Position numbers and translations under genes: made by a program. A model generated the notes under the pieces. It ran no database searches, had not been told where the DNA came from, and saw only the letters and a program-made list of their open reading frames with translations. 64,000 bases of DNA, taken from contig CAJTUT010000005.1 of assembly GCA_910579455.1 (NCBI GenBank), forward strand, positions 1,593-65,592. The letters run 5' to 3'. Source of the stretch: an uncultured Bacilli bacterium. Its GTDB lineage: Bacteria > Bacillota_I > Bacilli_A > RF39 > UBA660. Numbering within the stretch: position 1 is the stretch's first letter; each line of letters opens with the position of its first letter. Shown here piece after piece: positions 1 through 10,931 of the stretch.

Positions 1-11
1 GAGACCTATTT

Positions 12-1493
12 CTATCTATTTTCCTTTTCTGTTGATCTCATGAGAGGAAACATTACAACATCTTTAATATTTTCGCTATTAGTTACCAATTGAACCATCC
101 TATCAATTCCCATACCCCAACCAGATATCGGTGGCATTCCGTATTCCATTGCTGTTATATAGTCATAATCCATCTCCATAGCCTCAACATCTCCGGCCTC
201 TTTTAATTTTGATTGTTCTAAAAGTCTTTTCTCTTGTTCCATAGGATTTACAAGCTCAGAGTACCCATTTACAATTTCAGCACCATTAATTACTAGTTGA
301 AATCTATCTGTTATTAACTGATTATTATCATTTGTACGAGCTAAAGGAGATAAATCAATAGGATGTTCTGTTAAATAAACAGGTCCTATCATAAAAGGTC
401 TTGCCACTTTCTTATATAAAACATCTACCAAATTTCCAAATCCTAAATCTTCAATTGGTGTTTCACTTTCTAATTCAATATGATCTAACTGAATCTTTTC
501 TAATAGTTTTTCTTTGGTATCATACTTTATAATGTCAATATTAGCATACTGAATTAATACTTCTCTAAAGGACTGGCTCTTCCATTCCCCACTCAAATCA
601 ATTTCCTTATCTCCAAAAGAAATAGTCAATGTTCCAAAAATATTTTTAATAATTGTCTGTAACATATCCTGAATCAATTTCATATTATCCTGATAATTAT
701 AATATGCTTGATATGCCTCTATCATCGTGAAATCCTGTAAATGAGTCTGATCAATCCCTTCATTTCTAAAACAACGACCAATTTCATATACTTTTGGAAT
801 CCCAGCTACTACAGCTCTTTTCATATAAGTTTCTGGTGCAATTCTTAGATACACATCCATATCCAAAGCATTATGGTGAGCCTTAAATGGCTTCGCAGTA
901 GCTCCACTTGCCTTATTATTTAAAATAGGAGTCTCAATTTCCATATAACCTAAAGAATCTAAATAATTTCTAAGTTCCTTTATAAATTTAATTCGAATTA
1001 AAAAACGATCCCTAGTTTCCTGATTCATTATCAAATCTACATATCTTTGACGATAACAGGCTTCCTGGTCCGTCAATCCATGAAATTTTTCTGGAAGCGG
1101 CTTTAAGGCCTTCCCCAAAAACTCAAACGAATCAACACGAATTGTTTTTTCACCTGTATGAGTAGTAAAAACTTCTCCTCTTGCCCCTATAAAATCTCCA
1201 ATATCAAAGTTGTCTTTAAAAAATTTATATTTTTCTTCTCCAACCATATCAATTTTAATAGATAGTTGAATTTTCCCCTCTATATCTCTTATAGTAACAA
1301 AACTCATTTTACCCATTTTTCTCATAAAAACAATTCTTCCTGCAACACATACAGAAGAAATCCCATCCTCTAATTTTGCTACATCTTTAATATCATGAGA
1401 AATCTCAAAGCGTTCTGGGTAAGGATTACAAACTTCCCTGATTTTTTCAACTTTTTTCCTTCTTACTAACTCCTGCTCACTAAACTCTCTCAT
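12..1493 (-). CDS. lysS: Lysine--tRNA ligase (class II LysRS)
   Basis: 493-aa ORF; N-terminal OB anticodon-binding region and class II aaRS core (e.g. FMRKMGKMSFVTIRD, GMGIDR); sits last in the dusB-lysS arrangement as in Bacillus. Confidence 0.9.
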   Translation of the reverse strand: MREFSEQELVRRKKVEKIREVCNPYPERFEISHDIKDVAKLEDGISSVCVAGRIVFMRKMGKMSFVTIRDIEGKIQLSIKIDMVGEEKYKFFKDNFDIGDFIGARGEVFTTHTGEKTIRVDSFEFLGKALKPLPEKFHGLTDQEACYRQRYVDLIMNQETRDRFLIRIKFIKELRNYLDSLGYMEIETPILNNKASGATAKPFKAHHNALDMDVYLRIAPETYMKRAVVAGIPKVYEIGRCFRNEGIDQTHLQDFTMIEAYQAYYNYQDNMKLIQDMLQTIIKNIFGTLTISFGDKEIDLSGEWKSQSFREVLIQYANIDIIKYDTKEKLLEKIQLDHIELESETPIEDLGFGNLVDVLYKKVARPFMIGPVYLTEHPIDLSPLARTNDNNQLITDRFQLVINGAEIVNGYSELVNPMEQEKRLLEQSKLKEAGDVEAMEMDYDYITAMEYGMPPISGWGMGIDRMVQLVTNSENIKDVVMFPLMRSTEKENR

Positions 1494-1507
1494 TTAAATA
1501 CTCCTTT

Positions 1508-2182
1508 CTAAGAAACTACTACTTCTGTATTTGCTACCATATCATGAATCCCTTGTCTATCCTTTCTAGATAAAATAATCAAACAACTAACGAATATAAC
1601 AATATACTGTATCAATTGCACAATTCCGACACCATAGAAATAAATATCCTTGTTTACAAAAATAGATAAACATAACACAATAATATCTACTAAAATAGAA
1701 TCAATGATTAATGATCGAAATAATATATTGTTCATAGTTAAATTAGAGTCATCTTTCTTAACAACTCTTATCTTCAGTAATTTTTTCCCTATTGTTTGAC
1801 CTCCACATTTGAATTGATAAACTACAAAATAGAAAATAGAAATAGCAATTTCAATAATAGTAGAAAGCCCACGTTCTCTTGCCATATCATAACTAATATC
1901 TACTGTTCTATTAATATAGGTATTAATATCTATTTTTTTCTTCTGATATTGTTCTAATGTATCGATAACCTCATTAGATAATGTTTGCAAATTATTACTA
2001 TGAATAAATGGTTGTGTAATTAAAGATGTAACCAAACTAATTAAAAACATATCAATAATAAAAGCACATAATCTCTGCCAAAAGTTAGCATAAATTTTCT
2101 CTATTTTTTGATTACCATTATCTGTAATGATTTTCTGTACAGAATCATTTTCTCCAGGTTTTATTTTTTTACTCTTAGCCAT
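1508..2182 (-). CDS. RDD-family membrane protein
   Basis: 224-aa ORF with several hydrophobic segments and an RDD-like architecture; start codon overlaps the dusB stop. Confidence 0.55.
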   Translation of the reverse strand: MAKSKKIKPGENDSVQKIITDNGNQKIEKIYANFWQRLCAFIIDMFLISLVTSLITQPFIHSNNLQTLSNEVIDTLEQYQKKKIDINTYINRTVDISYDMARERGLSTIIEIAISIFYFVVYQFKCGGQTIGKKLLKIRVVKKDDSNLTMNNILFRSLIIDSILVDIIVLCLSIFVNKDIYFYGVGIVQLIQYIVIFVSCLIILSRKDRQGIHDMVANTEVVVS

Positions 2183-3158
2183 TTTTTAATTCCTCCTTAT
2201 AATGAATCAATACTTGCATTATATCATGAATATCAGAACATTGATATACCCTATTTTTAATTTCGTTTGTACCTTTAAGACCTTTTAAATACCAACCAAT
2301 ATGATTCCTTATTTCTAATCGAACTATTTTTTCATCCTTCATCTGTTGTAAATAAGTAATATGTTTTAAACACATATCAATTCTACTTTCTATTGTTGGC
2401 CTTTCTAAAAGCTTATTTTCCTCTAACAGAGCAACAGTTTCCCTAATTAACCAGGGATTACCTAACACTCCCCTTCCTATCATAACAGCATCACACCCTG
2501 TCTCCTCTATCATTCTCTTGGCATCTATTGCACTTTTGACATCTCCATTTCCAATAACAGGAATATGAACTGACTTTTTAACATCTTTTATAATAGTCCA
2601 ATCTGCACTACCACTATATCCCTGCGCTCTTGTTCTGGGATGAATACAAATAGCACTTGCTCCTGCTTTTTCTATAACCTTTGCTACTTCAATAGCATTT
2701 ATACTATTACTATCCCAACCACTTCTAATCTTAACAGTAACAGGAATAGGTACCGTTTCCACTACTGATTTTACAATATCATAAATCTTTGTTGGCGATT
2801 TCAAAAGGGCAGATCCAGCTTGTGCCCTTACTGCTACCTTGGGAACTGGACATCCCATATTAATATCAATAATATCAGGATTCATGTGCTCGTAAATATA
2901 CTTAGCTGCGATTACAAAACTTTCAACATCTGTACCAAATATTTGTTGAACAATAGGCCTCTCTTCATCTGTCATATAAAGCATATCAATTGTTTTTTTG
3001 TTTCCATACATAATCGCCTTATCGCTAACCATTTCGGCATAAACAAGACCACAACCCATTTCCTTAGCAATTCTTCTATACGCCGAATTAGAAATTCCTG
3101 CCATTGGAGCTAAAATAACCTGATTTTTAATTTTTACATTACCTATATTCCATTCCAT
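2175..3158 (-). CDS. dusB: tRNA-dihydrouridine synthase B
   Basis: TIM-barrel Dus signature (ILAPMAGISN, CPVPKV, NGD). The track ORF begins at TTG at 3203; I prefer the internal ATG (MEWNIGNVK), which is preceded by a GAAGAGGGA RBS. Confidence 0.85.
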   Translation of the reverse strand: MEWNIGNVKIKNQVILAPMAGISNSAYRRIAKEMGCGLVYAEMVSDKAIMYGNKKTIDMLYMTDEERPIVQQIFGTDVESFVIAAKYIYEHMNPDIIDINMGCPVPKVAVRAQAGSALLKSPTKIYDIVKSVVETVPIPVTVKIRSGWDSNSINAIEVAKVIEKAGASAICIHPRTRAQGYSGSADWTIIKDVKKSVHIPVIGNGDVKSAIDAKRMIEETGCDAVMIGRGVLGNPWLIRETVALLEENKLLERPTIESRIDMCLKHITYLQQMKDEKIVRLEIRNHIGWYLKGLKGTNEIKNRVYQCSDIHDIMQVLIHYKEELKNG

Positions 3159-3624
3159 ATCTTTTCCCTCTTCAAAGCAATCATAGTATACTACAAAAAA
3201 CAAGCTTTTTCAAATAAAAAAGAGAGTAAATTTTACGTATATTTTTATTAATTCTCAAATGTCTTTATAAACTTTATTTATAGTGGTTTAAGATATTTTT
3301 ATTTTTGTAAGATATTTACATATATTTTTATGATCTCTTATATTTTCGCTTTCAAAAGTAGTAAATTGAACTTAAAAAATTACAAATCAGTCTTTAAATA
3401 AGGATTTTTAATAGCTGATTAATACTTTTAACTTAAAAATAAGATACCAAATTTAAAAGACATAATATTTAAAAAAGTATTTACTAGAAACAAAATTTTA
3501 AGTATAAGTAATTTCTATATCGTTATCAAAAAATTTTTTCCAATTTATGTAAAGAGTATCAATATTACTGTAATATCTGCACTTCCTACTGGAAAGAACA
3601 AAAGTATTAAACAAAAACAATATT

Positions 3625-3673
3625 GTACAAAACGATAAAAAAAGAGTTAGACTTAACTAAATATCTAACTCTT
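3625..3673 (-). terminator. Rho-independent terminator of ftsH (hairpin AGAGTTAG...CTAACTCT, then U-run on the minus strand), overlapping the ftsH stop codon
   Basis: 8-bp inverted repeat at about 3643-3650 and 3666-3673; on the minus strand it is followed by TTTTTTTATCGTTTTG. Confidence 0.6.
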
Positions 3674-5633
3674 TTAATAACTCGGATTTATTCATTTTTG
3701 AATAATTCTTAATTCCTCTTTCTTTTGCAAGTTGTTTTAATTTAGTAACAGACATTTTCTCAAGACTTGTTGCATCCTCATCTGATGGCATTTTTCCATG
3801 CTCTACTAAATAATCTATTTGCTCTTTAGTAAGAGTTTCGTATTCAAGCAATGTCTCCGCTATTAATTTTAATAATTTTTTATTTTTCTTAATAATTTCC
3901 ATTGCCTTTTTATGACAGTCATCGATAATTTTTCTCATTTCCATATCAATTTCATTAGCCACTTCATTAGAAAAATGTTGACTTTTATTATAATCTCTTC
4001 CTAAAAACACACTACCTTCTTGTTGTTCAAATTGTAAAAGTCCCAGATCACTCATTCCATATTCTGTAACCATGGAACGTGCAATCTTAGTTGCCTTTTC
4101 AAAATCGTTATGTGCACCTGTTGTAATTTCTCCAAAAACAATTTCTTCTGCTGTACGCCCTCCTAATAAACCAGTGATTTGTTCTAATAAATCTGTCTTT
4201 GTAGAACATAATTTTTCTTCACTTGGGACCATCATGTTATATCCTCCAGCAGCTCCACGTGGAATAATTGTAACCTTTTGAACATCATTTGCATTATCTA
4301 ACTTTAACCCAATTACCGCATGCCCTGCTTCATGATAAGCAACTAATTTACGGTCATTATCACTATATTTATGAGAGGTTTTAGCAGGTCCCATAAGTAC
4401 TCTATCTGTTGCTTCATCTATTTCGCTCATAGTAATTATTTCCTTGTTTCTCCTAACCGCTAAAAGAGCTGCTTCATTTAATAGATTTTCTAAATCCGCT
4501 CCACTAAATCCTGGAGTTCTTTTTGCCAAATTTTTCAATGTTATTCCTTGGGCCAATTTCTTATTCTTTGAATGTACTCCCAATATTTCCTCTCTTCCCT
4601 TAACATCAGGTAAGTTCACAGTCACCTGGCGATCAAATCTTCCTGGGCGAAGAAGTGCTGGATCTAATACATCTGGTCTATTGGTTGCTGCAATAATAAT
4701 GATTCCTTCATTTTCCCCAAAACCATCCATTTCTGTCAACAATTGATTTAAGGTTTGTTCTCGTTCATCATGACCTCCACCTAAACCTGTACCTCTTTGA
4801 CGGCCAACTGCATCAATTTCATCAATAAAAATTAGACATGGTGCATTTCTTTTAGCCTGCTGAAACATATCCCTAACACGACTAGCTCCAACACCTACAA
4901 ATAGTTCAACAAAGTCAGAACCACTAATAAAATAGAACGGAACATTAGCCTCTCCCGCTACTGCTCGAGCTAATAAAGTCTTACCTGTTCCTGGAGGTCC
5001 AAATAATAGAACCCCCTTTGGAATCCTAGCCCCTAATTTTTGAAATTTCTTTGGACTCTTTAAAAAGTCAATTAACTCTGCTACTTCTTCTTTTTCTTCT
5101 TGTAAACCAGCGACATCATTAAAAGTAATTTTATTATTACTACTACTTAATTTTGCCTTACTTTTTCCAAAATCCATAGAACTCTTGTTTCCAGCCAGTT
5201 GTCGATTAAAAAAGAAGAATGCAAAGGCAATTAACAAAACAAAGGGTAAGACATTTACAACAATCATTAAGAATGTTGAACTTTCTGGATCTGCTTTTGC
5301 CTCTAATTTAAAATCTTGTACCTCTGATGCCTCCACTATTTTTTTCATAACAGCATCACTCATCGGAAGTCTGGCAAAGAACGTTTGAGACTTTTTAGCA
5401 CCTTTCAAAGATCCTGTGACCTCATATGTCTTAGCATTATCTCTAGCTGTAATAACTAAGTTTTTAATATTCCCCTCGGTTAATTCTCCAATGAACTCAT
5501 TATAAGTAAGATTTTGAATATCTGTATTCATAACATTAAATACATAAAACACACCTATAATAATTAAAAACATAAAAAGATAAGGAACTAAACCCTTTTT
5601 TACATTTTTTTGATTTACAATATTTTTATTCAT
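3657..5633 (-). CDS. ftsH: ATP-dependent zinc metalloprotease FtsH
   Basis: 658 aa; N-terminal TM; AAA Walker A GPPGTGKT, second region of homology; HEAGH zinc motif; C-terminal extension. Confidence 0.95.
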   Translation of the reverse strand: MNKNIVNQKNVKKGLVPYLFMFLIIIGVFYVFNVMNTDIQNLTYNEFIGELTEGNIKNLVITARDNAKTYEVTGSLKGAKKSQTFFARLPMSDAVMKKIVEASEVQDFKLEAKADPESSTFLMIVVNVLPFVLLIAFAFFFFNRQLAGNKSSMDFGKSKAKLSSSNNKITFNDVAGLQEEKEEVAELIDFLKSPKKFQKLGARIPKGVLLFGPPGTGKTLLARAVAGEANVPFYFISGSDFVELFVGVGASRVRDMFQQAKRNAPCLIFIDEIDAVGRQRGTGLGGGHDEREQTLNQLLTEMDGFGENEGIIIIAATNRPDVLDPALLRPGRFDRQVTVNLPDVKGREEILGVHSKNKKLAQGITLKNLAKRTPGFSGADLENLLNEAALLAVRRNKEIITMSEIDEATDRVLMGPAKTSHKYSDNDRKLVAYHEAGHAVIGLKLDNANDVQKVTIIPRGAAGGYNMMVPSEEKLCSTKTDLLEQITGLLGGRTAEEIVFGEITTGAHNDFEKATKIARSMVTEYGMSDLGLLQFEQQEGSVFLGRDYNKSQHFSNEVANEIDMEMRKIIDDCHKKAMEIIKKNKKLLKLIAETLLEYETLTKEQIDYLVEHGKMPSDEDATSLEKMSVTKLKQLAKERGIKNYSKMNKSELLKELDI

Positions 5634-5646
5634 ATTTTTGCCTCCT

Positions 5647-6963
5647 CTAACAATATTTCATTATTATATCATACTTTTCTTGTTTTTGTTTATCAAATTT
5701 TGATTTTTTTAACCCAGGTATCCAAAGAATCTTTCCCTCTGAATCTACTACAATAGGCCATGTATCTCTTTGTTCTATCTTTATCTTATTCTCAATAAAA
5801 ATATCTTTTACCTTTTTCTTACCATTTAATCCCTTAACAGCTATTTTATCTCCAATTTTTCTCGTTCTAATAATGATCGGTAATCGTATCTCTTCACTGC
5901 ATAATCTACAAATATTATTGGAAGTTTCCTCTGTTTCCTCCATCTTTTTAATATGATGTTTATTTGGAAGATCTGCATAGGTATTGAACTCTATTTCATA
6001 TTCTGTAATCTCATCCATTTCTCTAGTTAAATAAAATTCATCATAACTTTTAATAGCTAAAACTTCATTTGGCAAATTTACTTCCAAATTAGACTTATCA
6101 CTATAAATCAAATAAAGCAATAAATCAATATGTTTATCATTAACCAATACCAAATCATCCTGATAAAAATCCTCTAGTATATAATATAGTATTTCTTTTT
6201 GAATATACCTATCCAACCTCTTAAAATCTAAAACATTGATTCTCCCTTGCTTGGTTAAAATTTTTTTTAAGGATTGATCCCTTTCTTTAGAAATATATCG
6301 ACTGGTTTCCTCTAAATTTTCACTAAACTTCAAAAATTTTAAATGAACATTTTCGTCTTCTTCTTTCAAAAAAGGTAAGACATTCTTACGATACCTATTT
6401 CTAGTATATTTCATTTTATGATTTGACTCATCGATGAAATAAGGAACATTATTCAAGGAATCATATGCCTCCAAATCCTCTTTGCTATAACCAATTAAAG
6501 GTCTTATAATTTTATAATCACCCATATCAATTTCTTTATGAAATCCGCTATACCCCTGGAGATTAGATCCTCTTACAATTCTCATTAAAATAGTCTCTAT
6601 CAAGTCATCGCCATGATGAGCGGTCACTAAATAATCGGCCTTATATTTATGAACAACATCTTCAAAAAAATGATACCTTATATTTCTTGCCTCATTATGA
6701 AAGTTATCATCACTATACTTTTCTATTTTCATTTTTTCTAACACAATTTGATTTTTTATACAATACTCTTGTATAAATGCTTCTTCTTCTGCACTCTGCC
6801 TTCTAACATTATGATTCACATGAGCACAAATTAATTGTAACTGATACTTCTCTCTAAGCTTTAATAAAGCATCCATTAAACACATAGAATCAGGACCTGT
6901 AGAACATCCAACTACTATAATATCTTCATTTTTTAATTCTATATTTTTCTCTATATTAATCAT
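5647..6963 (-). CDS. tilS: tRNA(Ile)-lysidine synthetase
   Basis: 438 aa; N-terminal PP-loop VVGCSTGPDSMCL; conserved position immediately upstream of ftsH. Confidence 0.85.
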   Translation of the reverse strand: MINIEKNIELKNEDIIVVGCSTGPDSMCLMDALLKLREKYQLQLICAHVNHNVRRQSAEEEAFIQEYCIKNQIVLEKMKIEKYSDDNFHNEARNIRYHFFEDVVHKYKADYLVTAHHGDDLIETILMRIVRGSNLQGYSGFHKEIDMGDYKIIRPLIGYSKEDLEAYDSLNNVPYFIDESNHKMKYTRNRYRKNVLPFLKEEDENVHLKFLKFSENLEETSRYISKERDQSLKKILTKQGRINVLDFKRLDRYIQKEILYYILEDFYQDDLVLVNDKHIDLLLYLIYSDKSNLEVNLPNEVLAIKSYDEFYLTREMDEITEYEIEFNTYADLPNKHHIKKMEETEETSNNICRLCSEEIRLPIIIRTRKIGDKIAVKGLNGKKKVKDIFIENKIKIEQRDTWPIVVDSEGKILWIPGLKKSKFDKQKQEKYDIIMKYC

Positions 6964-7095
6964 TTGATCCCACCACTTCCATTCTATACGAATTCTACCA
7001 TTTTATCAAGAATAAAGTAATAGAAAAAAAGATGTTTTACAATACATCAAAAACATCTCAATAAAAAATAGATAACCAAACATAGATTATCTATT

Positions 7096-7389
7096 TTAAG
7101 GAATTCGTAAAATAATTTCACCATCTTTTGAATAAGCGTATTTTTCTCTAGCATATCTGGCAATATAATCTGGGTTTTGAAGTTTGTCTGCATCTACTTG
7201 TAATTCCTCTTCCTTTTCCTTTAAAGTGGTTAATTTGTGTTTTAATTCTTTCTTTTCCTTATATTTATCATAGATCTCAACCCAATATTTTCCTATGGTA
7301 TAAGTAGTTCCAACAATAATAGTTAAAGAGGCAACGCCTAGGAAAAGAAGACGTCTTATCGATTTTTTACTTTTTTTTCTCTTTGTCAT
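7096..7389 (-). CDS. Septum formation initiator FtsB/DivIC family
   Basis: 97 aa; basic N-terminus, single TM, then coiled coil (KLTTLKEKEEELQVDADKLQNPDYI); position after yabP-yabQ as in B. subtilis. Confidence 0.7.
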   Translation of the reverse strand: MTKRKKSKKSIRRLLFLGVASLTIIVGTTYTIGKYWVEIYDKYKEKKELKHKLTTLKEKEEELQVDADKLQNPDYIARYAREKYAYSKDGEIILRIP

Positions 7390-7455
7390 AGTATCACCTA
7401 ACCCTACTCTTTAACTATAGTATATCACTCTTATTTTTGAAAACAAGTTTTTTAC

Positions 7456-7782
7456 CTAAACTTTCTTTTTTTTGACATTTTTTAAACAGTTTTTTATTTT
7501 ATTTTTAAATAAATTGATATATTTACCTAAATTAACAAACCCGATAAAAAATCCTATGGCAACACTAATCAAAAAGTAAGAATGAATCACTCCTTCATTG
7601 ATCTTCCTAATAATTAAAAAATAAGCAAGTGAAGCATCTACCACATAAATAATAGTGATTATAATTTGAAATAACTTTTTTTTGCAAAAGAGAAATTTAT
7701 AATTAATATTTGTACAAACAGAGAAAATAATCCCAAAAACAAAAGAAAAAAACAAAGAAATAATTTGTATTCTTAAACCCAT
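7456..7782 (-). CDS. Small polytopic membrane protein, YabQ-like (spore cortex) by position
   Basis: 108 aa; two or three TM helices; directly abuts yabP (stop/start share 7782), matching the yabP-yabQ-divIC order. Confidence 0.45.
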   Translation of the reverse strand: MGLRIQIISLFFSFVFGIIFSVCTNINYKFLFCKKKLFQIIITIIYVVDASLAYFLIIRKINEGVIHSYFLISVAIGFFIGFVNLGKYINLFKNKIKNCLKNVKKKKV

Positions 7783-8072
7783 TATTTAAATAACCTATTA
7801 AATATTCCATTCTCTTTTGATTTTTTATTATTATCATCTAAATAATTAATTCCCGAAATTATTCCCCTAATAGAGACATTTCCCTGTAAAGTATCCAATT
7901 TAATTAATTCTAACTCGGAACCTTTCACCAAAATAAAACCCATACTCGTTTCTAATAAAAACTGTTCTGTATCAAAGTTTTCAATTTTTTTCACTCCAGT
8001 AATCACTAAATTTTTTCTTTCTACTAAGCTGATTCCATGTGTATAATTACCAATTGTTTCTTGCTTTTCCAT
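7782..8072 (-). CDS. yabP: Sporulation protein YabP
   Basis: 96 aa; YabP/YqfC family motifs (LVITGVKKIENFDTEQFLLETSMGFILVKG). Confidence 0.75.
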   Translation of the reverse strand: MEKQETIGNYTHGISLVERKNLVITGVKKIENFDTEQFLLETSMGFILVKGSELELIKLDTLQGNVSIRGIISGINYLDDNNKKSKENGIFNRLFK

Positions 8073-8132
8073 ATTAATTCCTCCTACAAAATTATATGTA
8101 CAAGCATTTATAATATTACAAAAAAAAGAAGA

Positions 8133-8411
8133 CTAAGCCTCTTCTTCTGTTAATTCCTCTGCATTATTATACGCATCAATGATAGCTTCTTCAAACATTG
8201 ATCTAACCTCAGGATTAATTGGGTGTGCGATATCTCGGTAGCCCCCTGTTGCGGTTTTTCTACTTGGCATTGCAATAAACAATCCATTATCCCCTTCTAT
8301 AACACGAATATCATGAACTGCAAAACTATCATCTAATAATACAGATGCAATTCCCTTCATACGTGATCCTTCTTTTTCAATTTTACGTACATTTACAGAT
8401 GTAATCTTCAT
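8133..8411 (-). CDS. spoVG: Septation/sporulation regulator SpoVG
   Basis: [11 protein letters not shown]...[33 protein letters not shown] is near-identical in pattern to B. subtilis SpoVG. Start moved to the internal ATG, which has an AAGGAGG RBS (track ORF starts at 8441). Confidence 0.9.
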   Translation of the reverse strand: MKITSVNVRKIEKEGSRMKGIASVLLDDSFAVHDIRVIEGDNGLFIAMPSRKTATGGYRDIAHPINPEVRSMFEEAIIDAYNNAEELTEEEA

Positions 8412-8484
8412 GTATGTTCCTCCTTCTTTAAAGTATTTCACTTTATAAATTTATTTTATACTACTATTAAAAAAATTGCAATAT

Positions 8485-8718
8485 TTATTTTTTTAGTGCA
8501 ATCTCTTTAATTTCTAAACTATTTGTTAATATATCATTATAACTAAATGACTTCACTCTATTAGTATAATCCAAAACCTTTATAATAAATATGGAACGAT
8601 ACACTTCTACAATTCTACCAGAAAATTCTTCTGTCTGATTTCTAGCACCTTTAAATTTAAAAGAAAATATTTTTCCCTGATTCTGAGTAATAAAACTTCT
8701 AATCTTACTTATATTCAT
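8485..8718 (-). CDS. veg: Veg family biofilm/sporulation-associated small protein
   Basis: 77 aa; SFSYNDILTNSLEI matches the Veg core SYSYADILT..VE; position next to yabG/ksgA as in B. subtilis. Confidence 0.75.
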   Translation of the reverse strand: MNISKIRSFITQNQGKIFSFKFKGARNQTEEFSGRIVEVYRSIFIIKVLDYTNRVKSFSYNDILTNSLEIKEIALKK

Positions 8719-9503
8719 CTTGGATACCCCACATACATTGTTCCATCTGTAATAATACCACCAATACCATCAGCACCATATTTAGTTTTTTCAATTAAAG
8801 ATATTAAATCAATACTTTTATTTCTAACTGATAAAGCAATAGAAGAGGCTATAATAGCAGGGTCCAACGCGTGAATATTAATTCTTTTAGGACTAGATGC
8901 AAAATTAGCTCCTGCCTTAATCAATTCTTCATAATCAGACTGACAAGCTCCTGAAATAACAATTAGTTTGTTTTGATCCTTTTCATATTTCCTTGCTACT
9001 TTAATAGCTTTAATAAAGTTCTTAGAATTTTGATAGTTTTCAATATTGTTCATATCATTTCTTTTTTTATAATAGGCATCATGGCCCGTAATCACTAAAA
9101 TATCCGGATTATACTCATTTAAATATTGATCAATGTATTTATAGACCTCAGATTCCTTTAACGTGATTCCATATGCTTTTACATTTAAGTCCCGGTAAAA
9201 ATTAATACATCTTTCTAAATATTCCTCATCCCCATCAATGTGCAAAATTTTTCCAGGTAAGTAAAAATATTCTGATCTATCTAGATGAAGACTTTTTAAA
9301 TTTTCATTAATAATCTCTCTATCAGATTTCGATATATTTGGCTTTTTATCCTCCTTTACTAAATCCTTTAATTCACTATCAGCATATAACCTTAACTCAA
9401 TTCCCTTTAAAATAGCTGTACCTTCAGTTATATCAATTATTTTAAATAGAATATCATGATTATAAGACTTTCTACTTACAATATCTCCTACCTTTAAATT
9501 CAT
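8715..9503 (-). CDS. yabG: Sporulation-specific protease YabG
   Basis: 262 aa; YabG family (N-terminal MNLKVGDIVSRKSY..ILFKI; C-terminal GADGIGGIITDG); next to ksgA as in Bacillus. Confidence 0.8.
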   Translation of the reverse strand: MNLKVGDIVSRKSYNHDILFKIIDITEGTAILKGIELRLYADSELKDLVKEDKKPNISKSDREIINENLKSLHLDRSEYFYLPGKILHIDGDEEYLERCINFYRDLNVKAYGITLKESEVYKYIDQYLNEYNPDILVITGHDAYYKKRNDMNNIENYQNSKNFIKAIKVARKYEKDQNKLIVISGACQSDYEELIKAGANFASSPKRINIHALDPAIIASSIALSVRNKSIDLISLIEKTKYGADGIGGIITDGTMYVGYPR

Positions 9504-9548
9504 AAAATCATCTCCAACTAATTTTATGAATAAAAAAAGAAAATATGA

Positions 9549-10340
9549 CTAATCTAGATGATTGCATATTTCTATAAAAACCTCTACAGGTAATTTTTCG
9601 GACCTATCCGTTAGATCAAAACCATACCTCACTAGTACCTGCTCTATCTTCTCCAAATTATACTGTTTTAAATTATTTCTAATATTTTTTCTTTTATATT
9701 GAAAACTATCCCTTATTAATTGAAAAAACAATCTTTTATTTTTTAAAGGAATTCTGTTCTTTCTTTTCGTTAAAGAAACAATCTCACTATCTACCTTAGG
9801 TTCTGGTGTAAACATCTTTCTATTTACTTTAAACTCTCGCTTAATATGATAATAATAATTTAATAACACAGTAATTGATCCATAGCTTTTATTTCCTGGC
9901 TTTGCACTAAATCTTTCTCCAACTTCTTCTTGAACCATGATTACAATTTTTGTAAAATCAATCTTAGAATCCAATAATTTTATAAGAATAGGCGTCGTAA
10001 TATAATAAGGTACATTACTAACAAAATAAATAAAATCTTTATTATACTTTTGAATATCTTTTTCAATATCTCTTTTTAAGAAATCATCAAATATAACATC
10101 AACATTATTATAGTCTTGTAACCCTTCTTTTAAATACTGCTGTAATTCGAGATCTATTTCATAAGATAAAACACTTCCCGAAACTTTTGATAATTGTTTT
10201 GTTAAAATTGCTCTACCAGGACCGACTTCAATAACCAAAGAATTTTTTTCTATACAAGCTGCGTCTACTATTTTTTTTACCAAATTTGTATCTGTCAAAA
10301 AATTTTGACCATACTTTTTTTTAAAATGAAATGTCTCCAT
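9549..10340 (-). CDS. rsmA: 16S rRNA (adenine1518/1519-N6)-dimethyltransferase
   Basis: 263 aa; GQNFL motif, SAM-binding VIEVGPGRAILT, NVPYYITTPI. Confidence 0.9.
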   Translation of the reverse strand: METFHFKKKYGQNFLTDTNLVKKIVDAACIEKNSLVIEVGPGRAILTKQLSKVSGSVLSYEIDLELQQYLKEGLQDYNNVDVIFDDFLKRDIEKDIQKYNKDFIYFVSNVPYYITTPILIKLLDSKIDFTKIVIMVQEEVGERFSAKPGNKSYGSITVLLNYYYHIKREFKVNRKMFTPEPKVDSEIVSLTKRKNRIPLKNKRLFFQLIRDSFQYKRKNIRNNLKQYNLEKIEQVLVRYGFDLTDRSEKLPVEVFIEICNHLD

Positions 10341-10438
10341 ATCTTCACCAACTTATTACGAATAATTCTTTATCTATTATACATGAATCTTTAAAAATTA
10401 GATACACTTAACAATTTTTCCAATAAAAATATAGAAAG

Positions 10439-10930
10439 TTATAAAACCTCTATATTAGAATCACTATTAGAATTGATAGTAACTTTTTTTACTAAGGTAC
10501 TTTCAGAATGATCTTCCTTTTCATGAATCATAAAGAAAATATTTCCAATAGATAACCCATATAGTAATACCTTCATAAACGATAAAAAATCATTAAAGTA
10601 GGAAAAGTTAATCCCATAACCCATAATTTGATTTAGTACCATGTTTTTATCAATAATTGCTCTAATCCCCACTACTATTATAGTAGTAAATACCAAACAA
10701 CAAGTCAAATTATAAAATAAATTTTTACTTACACTTTTCTGCTTTAAAATAATATTAACCATAAACAATATTAAAATGAGTATATAAGGAATAAACAAAC
10801 TAGCAGATTCTAACAAATTTTTATTTACTCTATCATACATAGATAAAATAATATAAAAGGTAATAGCAAAAGAGGAAAGTAGTAAAATCCATTTTAATAT
10901 AAAGAATAAACCGTTCAATATTTTTTTCAT
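10439..10930 (-). CDS. Polytopic membrane protein, last gene of the SipW operon
   Basis: 163 aa; 4-5 predicted TM helices; start overlaps the stop of the upstream ORF (10930/10932). Confidence 0.5.
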   Translation of the reverse strand: MKKILNGLFFILKWILLLSSFAITFYIILSMYDRVNKNLLESASLFIPYILILILFMVNIILKQKSVSKNLFYNLTCCLVFTTIIVVGIRAIIDKNMVLNQIMGYGINFSYFNDFLSFMKVLLYGLSIGNIFFMIHEKEDHSESTLVKKVTINSNSDSNIEVL

Positions 10931-10931
10931 C

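Noticed and set aside
2820-3113. Antisense or nested ORFs inside well-supported genes from the six-frame track: 2820-3113 in dusB, 4072-4281/4444-4746/5185-5388 in ftsH, 16529-16756 in metG, 17573-17842 in spoVT, 24858-25061 in ricT, 26154-26387 over bofA/recR, 30185-31455 in gyrA, 32181-32396 in gyrB, 34666-34965 in recF, 37456-37752 in dnaA, 43901-44924 in the ATPase, 46089-46280 in mnmE, 48016-48951 in mnmG, 51274-52775 in the sigma gene, 58005-58229 in mscS, 59072-59791 in abgT, 61984-62313 in ssb
   Set aside because: Each lies entirely inside a longer ORF on the opposite strand that has clear protein-family motifs. They are low-complexity artefacts of AT-rich sequence and have no RBS.
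3204-3656. 450-bp AT-rich spacer between ftsH and dusB; checked for a T-box leader, tRNA, or small ORF
   Set aside because: No T-box consensus (AGGGTGGNACCGCG-like) and no GC-rich tRNA-like stems. Only the ftsH terminator and presumably the dusB promoter are present. Too AT-rich to call anything else confidently.
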